Shown here piece after piece: positions 1 through 19,875 of a stretch of 64,000 nt of DNA; the stretch's first letter is position 1, and each line of letters opens with the position of its first letter. Where the stretch lies: the NCBI GenBank assembly GCA_030141605.1, contig JAQGDQ010000044.1, positions 496,001 through 560,000 of the forward strand, in the 5' to 3' direction. The notes beneath the pieces are model-generated. The model saw nothing but the letters and a program-made list of their open reading frames with translations, was not told the origin of the DNA and searched no databases. This DNA comes from Tubiluchus corallicola. Taxonomy: Eukaryota; Animalia; Priapulida. Both the position numbers and the translations under genes were made by a program.

Positions 1-340
1 GATAAACTTTAACGAAGAAACCTCACGAACTGGCCCAAGGTGAGGCTGTCCAGCATAATTAAAGTCAAAAGTAAACAGCAGGAGCATAGCCTTTACGAAA
101 ACAGCTTAATGTTATGTTAACGGTAACGGTTATTGTTGGAAACACGGGCTCTTAACTTGAAGCTGGTTAATTAGTGACAGGCGGTATGGGCTATAAAATA
201 TTTTGGCATTGAAAAGCGTAAATTCGGGTGATTATTGCTCTTTTATTTGAATAAAAGCAATAAGATGCAGCGAATTCGTAGACTGGGTTTTGATAACTTA
301 AATCTTTGCAAAATGAACTTGTGGTAAATGGTAATTACTG

Positions 341-714
341 TAAAATAAAGACCCGCACTTGAAATTCAGCTTAATCTCCGTATTAATCATTGTCATGTAA
401 CTTAGACATAGACATAAAAGAATGTACTTGTGCCAAATGGCAAATATTGCAAATGATTCTAATGCGTGGTGTAATTCATTTCTTGTTTGAGGCCGTTCTT
501 CTGTTGGTCTGGGTAGCTTTTAATATTTTTGTAGTTGTTGCTTGTAATTAGTAGAGAGTAATTAGTATTTTGTGGGTGTAAAGTAATTATTTTAGTAATT
601 GTTATATGGAAATTTTTAATGCTGAATTAAAAGGTGAATTGAATTGAAAAAGTGCGTGTACAACACATTTTATGATGTTATTGTTGTTGTCGTCGTCATT
701 GTGGCTGTCGCTGT
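341..714. repeat. 374-bp inverted repeat, left arm (partner 1879-2252)
   Basis: 341-714 is the reverse complement of 1879-2252; no mismatch found by eye. It contains a GAATT-repeat tail typical of LINE 3' ends. Confidence 0.9.
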
Positions 715-1383
715 TGGGGAGATACACCAAAATGATAGGCAGGTTCATTATAAATAAAAAGAATAGTAATAAATAATATAATTGTTGTTGTACGTTACAG
801 TTATAGTATTTGCCTTTCTTCTGCTTAGTTTTTTTTTGTATTTTGCGCTTATTTAAATCGTATTGCAGCGGACAATATCAAGTAGCTTGAAACAAACATT
901 TGAAGAATCGTCGTTAGACGGCAGCAGCAACATGGCGATGACGATGTTACAAACTGCAGTATAAATATTTGAGTCTTGTTATGTCTCTACTGTGCAGTTT
1001 AAACTTCAGTGCAAGTTTCAAGCTATTTAGGGCATTTTAGGCTTAATCTCTTGACACTTATAATACGCTTATCAGCAATCAAATTCAGAACTAGCAGTTG
1101 TAGTACTTTCATTGACTATCACAAAAATGATATACAAAAACAATAAGGACAAAAAGAGTAGCTGCCGACAAAAGACGAAAAAACTTAACAAATTCTTATA
1201 ACAATTAGTAAAAACAGTCATAAAAATAAAAACAAAACAATGCACATCAAAAAATTATTACTTACAAACAAACTCAATTGAAATGTACTAAAAATTTAAA
1301 TTCATGCTGAACTGAATCTTATTGAACTTCCTCAGCAATCCGCATTTTATTATGTTTATGAATGCAGTTAAACTAAAAATCAG

Positions 1384-8217
<6,834 letters not shown>

Positions 8218-8689
8218 GTTGAGCCCAAACTTGAAGAAACTGGCTCAATTCTTTCTTGCTAATAATAAAGCACGAACTTTCGCACCATAAAATATGTCAC
8301 GCGCAGCTGTATAAGAAGCCAGGTATCGGGCTAAAAGTTTTTAAAATTTCGACACAATCGAGCACTGTCATAGACTGGTACACCTACATGTTCTACTAGT
8401 CTAATTTGCTGCATCTGTTATTAGATTCAATTGACCAGTTAGCTAATTAACAATGTGTGGACAAAGACTTTAATGTGGAATAGTATTAAAAGTTAAAACC
8501 CTAAAAATGCAGGTACTGTAAGTCTGTTAGATCTAATTTTTGTAGATTTTTAAATGAACTGTTATGTTTTGATAATTGTTACGTTACGTTATTTTGGACG
8601 TGGATTTAAATCTACAATTCGAAATCTACAATACATATTAAATTTAATGTCTGCAGCAAATTAAATTTTGCTAATTTTGATAAATCATT

Positions 8690-8930
8690 TTGATAACATA
8701 CAAAGCAATCAATGGTCAGACTCCTACGTATGTGTCAGACCTTCTTAAATTATAAGTCCCTCGTAGAGCATTAAGATCTAGCTCAAACAGAAGTAATCTT
8801 GAGGTGCTAAATCGTTTAGCGCTTAGTGTACTGTCCAAAACCGTGGAATTCTCTGCCATTACCATTCTGTCAGACCAAGTAGCTCAATAATTTAAAAAAA
8901 TCCGAAAACTGATTATTTTTATGAAGCTTT
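8690..8930 (+). mobile_element. Decayed CR1/L2-clade LINE 3' fragment
   Basis: Frameshifted traces of the C-terminal RT motifs RALRS, PKPWNSLP and FKK..KT..F. Confidence 0.45.
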
Positions 8931-9460
8931 CAACAACTAAGTAATTTCTGTGCTTTTGATGTCGGTGCGATGTGACGCGCGTGGTGTGCTGTAGGCGGTG
9001 TAGTTGTTTGATGTGGTTTGATGTGGATGGTGTGGCGTGGCTAGTACGGTATGGGTTATATGGGTGAAGGTAGTGTGGTGTGCAAAGTGTGGTATGGGGA
9101 AATGGGATGAGAGTTGTCGTTGCGTTTTTATATGCAAATTTTTTGGTTAGTAATTAATATTAAGGTAACAGCCTTACATGCCAGCGCATTGTCATCTCCG
9201 TCCTTGCTGTAGTACTTGTGTCTGCAGAGTTCATCTATAGACAACGATAACTTAATTATCAAAGCGCTAACAAAATATTATTCCTCGTCAACTTGTATCA
9301 CCCATATCATATAGGGCGAAGCCAGGATTAGGCAGTTAAATCTCTTGTCAGCTGCAGGATAATACTTCTAAATGTCAATAATCAAGTAATGTAGTAATAG
9401 AGTATTTTGATGAGTTTCTTTGGAGGTTGACCTAACTATAAAAGTGTACCTACAGAACGC

Positions 9461-9603
9461 ATAGGCACGTGGCAAGTAATAAGTGCCAGTGATCCTGAGT
9501 CGCGGTTATACTTTCTCGTTTATCCGCAACCGCAAAATCCGCATATGTACAATCCCCATCCGCAAAAATGTAAGCAAACCTGAACTTGCCACGTGTGCCC
9601 TAT
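9461..9603. mobile_element. Small MITE-like element
   Basis: Terminal inverted motifs TAGGCACGTGGCAAGT and ACTTGCCACGTGTGCCCTA with internal ATCCGCA repeats; no TSD found. Confidence 0.4.
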
Positions 9604-10426
9604 TGTCAAAAACTGTTTTTTGGACGAAGCTAAGAGTTATAATCAATAATCAATTACTAGGCAGACGTAGCAAAGGAAAACTGAACGACAACTCACACAA
9701 CACGATGTACATACATCACCCCAATATATCATACACACTGGCTTGAGAAAAAAACTGTAATATTTGTAATTATAGCAATGTAATTATAGTAATTTATACC
9801 AGCATCAGCTAGTATATCCGACCCCTAAAAGGATTAAATTTTAGCGTCTCTTATGTTGATTATTACTGCATTACGCAGCCTACGATAATTGCGGTTAAAA
9901 TTTGAAACTGAGTTTGCGTCTATTAACATTTATAAGCATTAGCTAAACGTGATACTTTCATCCAGGGGATGAACAACATTACGCGGATCGATGCAACTTT
10001 TTCTTAAGCGAAGCTAGGACGGCGCTTTTCGAAGTTTTCCTGGCTTGCAAACCATAAAAATTCGTGAGGATTCCTGCTTGGTATTTGACATCCCTAGGGC
10101 ATTCGTTTCTCTTGTCTTGGAAGATTACTTCTGACAAGCAGAGTTATAATAAAGAACGTAAACTATAAACATCAAGTGTGTAGTTATTCATCAGTGGGTT
10201 AGGCTTAGGCCTACATCTGGATTATCATCTTTTTTTTTGTATACTGTTATGATTCTACAGTTGTTTATGTTATTTTAGTTCGTTTTTCCATTAAGTTAAA
10301 GGCTACTGTTAAAATAAACTTTTATCAACAAACAGCTTCGGACTTACACTATCATGCGGTGTATTAGAATTGGAGTCGGTACGCAATTATACTACAGATC
10401 ACAAGTTTTATGTCGACAACATAATC

Positions 10427-11282
10427 CAGGGCCGTATTAACAACATAAGCAGACTAATCACGTGCTAGATAAATCACGTGCTAATCACGTGCTTAGGGTA
10501 CCAAGGCTCAAGGACGTACCAGGCTAGTAAAAAATAAATCGAAAACAGATAAAATTTTAATAACGTATGTGAACGACCATTAAAGGCTTTCACAGGTCAA
10601 AATGTGACGTAAAGGGCTAAACGAATATTTGGCAGGGTTGTTTTTCATACCATTGTATAGCATCATAGTAGAGTATACATCTTTTACCATCATCATGTTT
10701 TCACCCATTGTCATGGCGACTGTAACCCCAACATTTGCAATGGCCGTTTAATCAAAATGGCTCATACAGTTCCTGTTTAACACCATTCTAAGTTGTTTTA
10801 CTTTTAGCAGGCATCATACCTTCTTTTTGTGGCTAATTTATTTAATTAAAATTTGATTTTGAAGTCAATAAATAATTTAAGTAGAATAAATCTCATATAG
10901 CGCAGTAGAGTTTGTTATACGTATAATTTCGCCTGATTTGTATGACGTAATACGCATGATTTGAGCTGCGAAACGTTTTTTCCCGTATGATCCGTTTTTC
11001 GTTATGTAAATTATAATTTCTGATGCCTGCGCATGAAAATTAACGCCCAATTTCATATACTTCAACATACCAATATATAGATACATCTGATTTTCAGTTC
11101 CATTATTTGCATGATAATTTATTTTTTTGACTGTCAGAAATCTTGCTTGTGTCATGAAGTATATTTCAGTTGCCATTTTTCTAAAAGATCATGATTGTGA
11201 TTATATGATTGTGCAAAGGAGACAGCCGGGGCACTAGGTGCTGGGTGCGCTGAGGGCACCAATACATGTTAATAGGGCCCTG
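10427..11282. mobile_element. Putative non-autonomous hAT-type element
   Basis: 15-bp TIRs CAGGGCCGTATTAAC and GTTAATAGGGCCCTG (1 mismatch); no clear 8-bp TSD. Confidence 0.5.
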
Positions 11283-11651
11283 ACTTCACTGGTCTGCTAT
11301 TGTCTTTTTTATCAGGTCGACTGTGCAACTTGGCGCGCATCGCCCTGTACAGGTCCCTATCCGCGATGTCACATGTTCTTTTCGTAATAATTATTATGTG
11401 CTTATATATTCCTTCGACACGTTGAACGAACGAATTTTCACAAACTAGAAACTTGAACTTCAACATAAGGACAGGTGTATATGTATCTGAATGAGGTCAA
11501 TCTCACACTTTGCCGTTACGGAATCTCATTTTTCTTGATCTACATTATGCCCAACAACTGTATAGAAACAATTAACACATTATAATTTAATAATTTATGC
11601 AAACAGGGTTTTTAACATTTTAAATTTAGACATTTTAAATATATAATGAAC

Positions 11652-11800
<149 letters not shown>

Positions 11801-12097
11801 ACTCACATATATATATAGCACGTGATTTATCCATAAAACTTGTGATCTGTGATATAATTGTGTACCGACTCCAATTGTAATACACTGCATGATCCGAAGC
11901 TGGTTGTTGGTAAAAGTTTATTTTAACAATAGCCGTTAACTCAATGGAAAAACGAACTAAAACAACATAAACAACTGTAGAATCATAACAGCATACAAAT
12001 AACTACACACTTGATGTTTAAAGTTTACGTTCTTTATTATAACTCTGCTTGTATATATATCATGTATATACATACTGCTAAATATATATGTATATAA

Positions 12098-13525
12098 TTA
12101 GAGATGATGTGCGTACATTTCTCCATGAATGATATATTTTGCATTTCGAAATGTCACAAAGTTTTTAGTAGCGTTTTCGATTATCTGTCCTGGTAGAGAT
12201 TGCAGTTCCTTGGGAAAAGGTGGCAAATCTCCTACTTTCGTCAACTGTTCAATAAACGCAATGGGCCCGAATTCCTCCGACATAAAATGATGTGTTTCTC
12301 TTCCCCTAAACCACTCACATTTTTTTCTTTCAACGAGTTCAGCTTCTGTATCAGCGTTCATTTCCTCTTCAGTGGGCAACTCTAAAGTTCCGTCTAGGAT
12401 TTTCAAAGCAAGAGGAACCTGCCAACATGCCATTGAAGTTAGAGGACAAACAGGTAAACCAATAAACATTATGTTAGGATGTTTTGTACATACTGTATGT
12501 TTGAAAAGAGGTGACACTTTAAAATCTTCTACTGTTATTCCACAATCCGGGTGCAAGAAAGGGTATGAGTACTTGTATCCCGTGCAAAAAAGAATGGAAT
12601 CTGCTGTAATAGATTCACCATCAGTTAGTTTAATACTAGATTTCTCAACTGAAGCAAGCGTTGATGATGCAACCATAAAGTTTGTCGGCAAGATTCCGTT
12701 TGCTTGTTGTTTCCTAAAATTGAAGAAGTCCCGATCAGACGCACATACCGTTATGGTAGTAACTTCACACAGTTCAAGACCAATGTCAAACGCTGATGGA
12801 CCTCCGCCTACAATAACTACATGTTTATTTGCAAATGATGGTGCACAACGGTATTGACAACTGTGTAAAATTTGTCCTTCAAATTCGTGTAGACCATCTA
12901 TTTTCGGAATATAAGGATCTATAAAAGCGCCTGTGCAAATTAGAACCGAATCAAAACAAAATTCTTCAATGGTTTTATCTCGAACGTTCTCTACTGTTAT
13001 TAATAATTTTGGAAACTTTTCTTTTAGCGTGACTGGCCTTATCATTTTGACTGCTGTGTTGGTTCTGATGTACTGGCGAATGTTGTACTGATTCGTAAGG
13101 CTTTGTAGATATTCGAAAAATCTTTGATGAGGAACAAATTCATGTTTATCTGCATCTGAAGGCCACGGCTGTCCTGCCAAACACATAAGAGCAATTGGAA
13201 AATTTGTTACTAAATTTCTATACACTGCACTATGTATTCTATGTCCTTGCTCATCTAGTTTTGTGTTGTCTGTGTACAGCCAAGTTCCACCTACAATAAA
13301 AAATAAATCCTTTATTGTAACTCATTTATTATCCTCTGTCCTCATTTATTAAAACAAACTAATTTTTAAACATAATGCTGTGACGCTAAGCCACTTACCA
13401 ACATCGGAGTTTCTTTCAAACACTACATGATCAAAATCCTTTCGTTCAGATAGAATCTGGGATGCAACAAGCCCAGATGCACCAGCACCAATAACTGCAA
13501 CTTTTTTCTTTTTTGGGTGACTCAT
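12098..13525 (-). CDS. FMO: Flavin-containing monooxygenase (class B, soluble; senecionine N-oxygenase/FMO GS-OX-like), 439 aa, 2 exons
   Basis: Exons 13525-13399 and 13290-12098 (GT-AG, 1320 nt in total). Motifs: FAD site VIGAGASG, VGGTW, YRNLVTN, FMO fingerprint FEGQILHSCQY, NADPH site VGGGPSA, FCTGY. No C-terminal TM. Confidence 0.93.
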
Positions 13526-13953
13526 TGCCGCCACTGATTCGCCCAGTGATTCGGAAATATTAACAATTTTGAAAAATGCTTTGGGCAGGTACTAGCCACA
13601 ATTCGAACTTTAATCTTTGAACTGTTACCAGAGGCGTGTTCCACCAGGTTCAAAGTTCACATTCAGAGCCATAAATTGTTACTCATTCCAAGTGAAACGT
13701 GGTACACTCAATCTCCATATTTACACATTCAGTTTATGGTATAGGTTTAATATTAAGCCGTTTAGGTCATTTTGCCATCAAACAAACAAAATTTCATCAC
13801 TGTAAGTAACTGTTTCTACTTGCACAGCCCTGGAAATTACCCATAGTCAGTAGGTAGGGAGTAATTGCACTCTGAGAGCTGTATTTGTTAGTGTACGAAA
13901 TAATTAAAATTTGTCTAAAAGAAGCAAAGGGACCAAATTAAAGAAATCAGTCA

Positions 13954-13961
13954 TGACGTCA
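13954..13961. promoter_or_regulatory. CRE palindrome TGACGTCA about 430 bp upstream of the FMO start codon
   Basis: Exact motif match only; function unverified. Confidence 0.2.
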
Positions 13962-15884
13962 GTTGCTCTTTTCTAATGGTGATGCACTAGACATTCATAC
14001 CGAGTAGTCGAGTGGTGGTCGTGTGTACTTAACCACCAACTTAAGCAACAACTAGCCAACTTATTAAATAGATAGATTCAGAATGTAGCATCTGGCTTCT
14101 TATATATATATATATATGGTTTCATCTGTCATATATATATCTCCTCCTCCGGCAGCCGTATATCTACTTAGGAGAGAAAGGATATATGCTCATGCAAAAA
14201 TAGTAAAGGCACCACTGCCTCATCTTAGGATTATCCTTAATAATAAACAAGGTACGGTCCTGCTACAATAATCTATGCTCACCAGGCTCGCTCGATGAAA
14301 ATGCTGGATTCTCGTTTGCGGGACGTCAGAGGGTATTGAATAGATCTGTAAATTGTGCAAAGTGCGTAAATTAATTTGTATTTATTCAGCCACCACATTG
14401 CTTATGTTATTAACGCTTAAAATACAATTGAGGGCAGGAATGGCTCACTCATCAGCGTGCTCGCTTTCCGTGACAGAAGGTCAAAGGTTAATTGTGTTTA
14501 GCAGACAGTGACAAATTCTTAAAATACTGTATTACTGATTTCTTTACCAAAGACGCGGATTTGTCGAACTAGTCAGTGTAATGATTCAATTCAAATTTTT
14601 GTTCTCGTAACTAAGACTATACAAAATACAAATACAGTAGTAAATTAAATAAAATACAATGAAATAAAAGATTAAAATGTAAATACAGGATTAGTAAATT
14701 AAGAGCTAAATAAATTTTAGAAAGTAATTATGTAATATTTCATTCCATTTCACAAGAAAGCAAGAGCTGACAAGTCTATGCGAATTAACAATAGCAGTTA
14801 TAATATCATTGCCAGTGTGCAGTAATAACTTTGCAAATACATAAATGTACTTGCCTTTGGATTCAAGAAAATAAATTTGGGCGAAATGTTAATTTAATTT
14901 AAATTTGCATTTGCACGATGGCTATATAGAAATTAAGCAGGGAAAGGACCTTTGCCGAAAGTTGTTGAAACAGCTTTGTATTTGGCGTCTTAGCACAACA
15001 AAAAGTCCTTTACAATTACTTAAATTAACCTAATGTCTAAGAACGTTCAATATGACTCTTGTTTTACTTACAGTGATGAACTATAATTCAACTTCTACCA
15101 TACTTAGATTAATTTAAAACATGCTTTTACACAATTACATGGCATCTTTATTATCCTTCTACACGTGTTTCACAGTACTAAGGGATTCACCAGGGACTAT
15201 AAAACAAATCAAACATCATTATTCCCCAAAACACTGTTATACGAAAGTTACACAGGTTATGCAATAAGTATCAGTTATAGACATTTCAAAAAACTGGCCA
15301 GAAGTCTACTACATTCTCGCAAAAAGCTAAATATTTTCACAGAATTAATTTCAAACTTTATCAAAACATCAGTAATATAGCCTCCAGCACTCTCAAAGCA
15401 AAAAAGATTTGGTTTTAGCCAGAATAGATACGTCAAACTTTTATTTGGCTTGAATTAGACAGTTCTTGCATAATGGTTTGCCATAATTAGCCAAACAGGA
15501 TGACGTAGTAATGACGTGTCCTACAGGATGACGCAGTTCGAAATAGTGCTGACACGTTATATTAAAAAATCACGTGACCACATATTGTTTTCCATTATTA
15601 TTTTCTCACGTCAGTAAATACTTGCGCCTTTTCATTTTATATCCATATCATAACTACTCACGAGAGATGATTGCTACTATTAGCGTTGAACTCGAGCGAT
15701 TATCATTATTATGTTATGCCATTGACACAGCAAATTGAAACTTTATAATACCTGCAGCCATGCATGTTATTACAGTCTGTAGGAATATGAAGCAGGACTT
15801 GGAACTAGATACACTTGGTTAAACGTTTAAAACTACAAAACTGACTCATCTAGGGTGTTTTTAGTTTTAACCACATACTTGCCT

Positions 15885-16150
15885 CATTTCGTCTCTTCTG
15901 ATCCCAGCTCGTCTTTTGTTTCCTCTCATCTCATTTCATCTGATTTCTCCTCTCCTCTCCTCTCTTCCCCTCTTATCTTCTCTCTTCTCTTCTCTTCTCC
16001 TCTTTTTTCCTCTCCCTCCTCTCTTTTCCTCTCCTCTGCTCTCGTGTCCCTCCTCCTCTCCTCTACTCTCTCCTCCTCTCCTCCCTTCTGCCTTCCTCTC
16101 CTCTCCTCTCGTCTCTTCTTTCTTTTCCATTTCCTTCTGTTTTCCTTGTC
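15885..16150. repeat. Polypyrimidine (CTCTC/CTT-rich) low-complexity tract
   Basis: Direct reading; it explains the Ser/Leu-rich and Glu/Arg-rich ORFs. Confidence 0.9.
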
Positions 16151-16419
16151 GCTTCTCGCCTGTCTCACCTCATACATGTCATTTGTTAATGAGTCCTCTA
16201 ATGTTTACAAATAACATAAGAAAAAGCACAGAAAGTGTAGCGATGTAAGTAATAAACAAAAGTTCTGTTATACAAATGACCGTTATATTAAAGTTTCATA
16301 CACTAAGTGTTAAAAACACGAATTTAGTAGCAACACCACATTGCCTCACCCCAGCCCATGATCAAAAATGCCCCGATTTCGGGCACTTCACTTGACGACA
16401 TAGAGAAACTTAGAGATTT

Positions 16420-17716
16420 TATCACGTTGCTTTCTTATCGTATAGTGTAATCGTGATTTATATCTATAGATTGTATATTGATTTTACAGATTCGCTTTTT
16501 GTTTGTTCGCTACAAGGTAATTTTATCACCTGGCTCCGAGGGCTATAGTTGAGTCTATCAGGCAATAATTCTGTCCCTCAAGACTGTCACTTCGACCTTT
16601 GCGTTGTGAGTGAAGGTCTTCTTCCCTCAAGCTATCGAGCGTCGCTCCCGCAATTGAGCTTAAGTTAATTAATGCAATGCGAATCTCTCAGGTTCGTATC
16701 TCGGATTTAGTGTTGCTTTACTTTGAACGCTCTTAATCATACAAGAACTCGTTATTTAACGTGTCAAAGTGAATCGACTTTATTCATTTACAGAATTTAC
16801 TCTATCTAGATTGCTGTACAAGATTTGCCCTTATACGCTTGTAGGCGTTTGCAATTAATGTATAGCTCCCGAAAGATGCTCATGCAATTCGCTTGACAAT
16901 TATTCAGTATGCTGCACTTAAAGTGCTTAATACAATGTGAACTACAGTTATGCAGAGTTACTCTCAGATACAAATGTGTTAAGAACACTTAACTTGGTGG
17001 ACTGACCACAATGCACCCAGTACACTTGGTCAACTCCAAATAGATTTATGAGACTCTCGTTGATCCAGTGCTCAGTCTATTGCTGAGAACGCAGAACTCT
17101 CCATGCTGGTGTCAAACGATGCTGTCTCGGATTCCTTGTCAGATTCTCCTCTCTGACGCGTGTGTGACTTCGTGTCGCACACCGGCGTCTCTCTCCCTTT
17201 CTCCAAAACTCAGAGCTTATATCCTGGAGAGCTGACCTTGCAAATTTCGCGCCATACGCAATCAGGCGACAGGTAACATTCCTGGATCCCTGGTATCCCC
17301 TGCCATGCGATTTACGATCAGCAAGGTGGCCTTCGAATTCCTTTGCTCCGGGGGATCTTTCCCCGTCGTCGGCGACTCTTTGGAACTTCTCTTCCTCCGA
17401 TGTCTTCGAGTGCCGGTAGAGACTTTGGTGAAGTCCATAAAGTCATCTTCAAAAGATATTTCGCTTTTCCCGACTTTTTGTTAATTAAGTGCAACTCTGC
17501 ATACGGCTATAAAGAACAATAATGTCCTCACTTAAACAGACACCTGTTTACCTTCAGTAACCGATAAAAAACACACCTGTGGAATAATTTGCATCTCATT
17601 AAATCCGTGCTTATCAGCTGGATGAGTTCCTCTATCAATCAATAAATTTATCTTATCAAATCAGGGAGGTATGAGATTTATTACCAAATTATTGATTTAT
17701 AAAGTTATTCACGACA
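16420..17716 (-). mobile_element. Solo LTR (about 1.3 kb) of a Gypsy family related to the element at 32893-45660
   Basis: Colinear blocks shared with the 44147-45660 LTR: GCTATC..TCCCGCAATTGA, ATGCAGAGTT.CTCTCA, CACTTAACTTGGTGGA.TGACCA, GATCCAGTGCTCA, ACACCTGT and the TTATTCA..ACA end. 4-bp TSD ATTT at 16416-16419 and 17717-17720. Minus-strand termini TG...TA. Confidence 0.75.
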
Positions 17717-18063
17717 ATTTCCTTTTATGAAAAATATTATTTAGAATTAAAATTATATTATCAATTATATTATATTATCAATTTGCTCTTTCCTTTGTCG
17801 GGTTCCTTCCAAATCTTATTATTGTACTGGTTAGAGAACATTAAGTCGAAATCAATTTTCTATATTTATATTTTTAATATTATTTTATTAACTATAAGAG
17901 CTATTTATTTAAATGATGCTTGTTTATAGATGCCCGTTTTATGTGATGTGAGCTTAAGATTCTTGGTTTAATTATGTTATTATAAAACGTGGTGGTTCTC
18001 TATTTCTGACCGGGTAGAGGTAAATAGCTGTAAGCAAGTTTCTGCTTCTGTGAGCGTGCTCCT

Positions 18064-18213
18064 TCAGTTGAAACTGAATTGAAATTGAAACTAAAAATTG
18101 TTATTCCTGTTTTCTTACGCAACACTGCTTATAGGTTAACGTGTTTTAGTCATGTGACGCTTATTTTTGTTCTCTGTTTTGGGAGAAGCGCCATTCCAGT
18201 CTTGTATTTTGAG
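18064..18213 (+). promoter_or_regulatory. Possible initiator and non-coding first exon of the SLC6 gene
   Basis: Inr-like TCAGTT at 18064-18069, strong donor GAG|GTAAGT after 18213, and an acceptor TTCAG ending at 19858 just before the ATG at 19876. Confidence 0.35.
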
Positions 18214-19875
18214 GTAAGTAATATTATGTTTATATCCATTTAATATTTGATTTTTGTTTTTATACGAGTTTTAGTCGAAATTAGGAGTTAGTTGCTAAAG
18301 AAATCATTTATATGACTGCAGTGTGTTTGAATGTTTTAGGATAGTAAATTATTTAAAATATTTAACAAGGCAGAAGCAAGCAAACCGGCGAAGATTTCCC
18401 TTAAAGGACAGTAAAAGAGGATTCATAAAAATCTTCAATCACTTGTATGCTGTCTTATTGTGCACAGGGCTTCTATTAGCAACATTGCTGAATAAAACTT
18501 GAAGACTAAACTCTGACGATGACCGTTGTAGGCACGTCCATTTTAACGAACAGACGTTTCTAATGCGCAGTAATCCGCACATTTTTTTGTTTTCCAAAGA
18601 TTTTGCCAAGTGGCAATCCAACACGCTGTCAATCTAGGCGGCATGGCTGGACTTTCTACCTCCTCTTCCAGAAACTTCCACTAGGGAGTTCGGGAGTGAT
18701 TTTTCCTGTACTTAAGGTTTTAGAGAAGGCTTAAAAAGAAACTAATTGTAGAATCTAAGCTGCAGAATCTTAGTAAGTAAAAACAGCACCAATAACTAAA
18801 AATAATTTGCATTTTCTGGATATTTTGCTTTTTTCATTTTTGTTTTTTGTTTTTTCATATTTGGCGCTCTTATAGTTTATGCAAGTTGCCAGACTAGCTG
18901 CCAACAGGTACCTCTGCATCTGTGACTTTTTATTGAACAGTTTAGGTGAAATCTGACTGTATGGCTGGCAAATTAAATTGCAACAATAGTTACAGTAATG
19001 TATGCTCGTTCTTCAAGCAACTACAGAACAGGGTATGTTAATTAAACCTTTCGCCTAGTAATTATTACACGATTGTTTCAAAGTTAGCCACTGAATCGAA
19101 CTCGTAACTGTTTCTAAGCTGAGACAATGTTATAAATTACAAAACACAAAAAAATAATTTAGCTACAAGGCAGTCAAAAAATGCAACGAATTTGTTCAAA
19201 CTGTTGTGAACGAACGACTCAAATGATCAAATCATGCGTTTCTGATCAGCTGACATTTCAGGACTAGATGACCTAATTCTTGCGCAAACATGGCCGCTTT
19301 GTTAGCTGTTTATTTATTTTTTGGTAAAAAACAACATATTATGGCTTCCGTGAATATTTTCGCGTAGCGCAATGTCACAATAAGTTGATAACTTTCCATA
19401 ACAAATAAATTGAACATAAGTTGTATTAAAGTTTAGAGTCCCTTTAATTAAGGCGAGATATGGGCATGTGTAGGACCCCATCTACTTAAACATCAGTCGT
19501 TTTCCTGGAACTGCTGAGTTACTGTAATTTAAGGGAAGGTAGTTCAGATGTCGACCTACTTTTAAACGGGTACCTCCTGATATGTGGGATAATGGCATAC
19601 ATCGTATAGCTGCCTCTTCCTATAGAAAAAAATAAAGGCGAGCATTTTTCACACAAAATATTATAAATACAACATCAAAATAATATAAGCTCAGAGAGTC
19701 TCTTTTGAACATCTGTTTGCAGCATTATTTTGTGTTACTTGGTAATATGTTTAAATTACAGTTTCATGGACGAGTGGATTAAATGAATGCTGTTGTGCCA
19801 ATCACTGAAGGTATCAGTGATCTGTACAGTATGTGATATTTTAAATTTTGTGATTCAGGTTTATTAATACTCAAG

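Noticed and set aside
15855-16248. Ser/Leu-rich and Glu/Arg-rich ORFs
   Set aside because: Low-complexity polypyrimidine tract with no domain signature.
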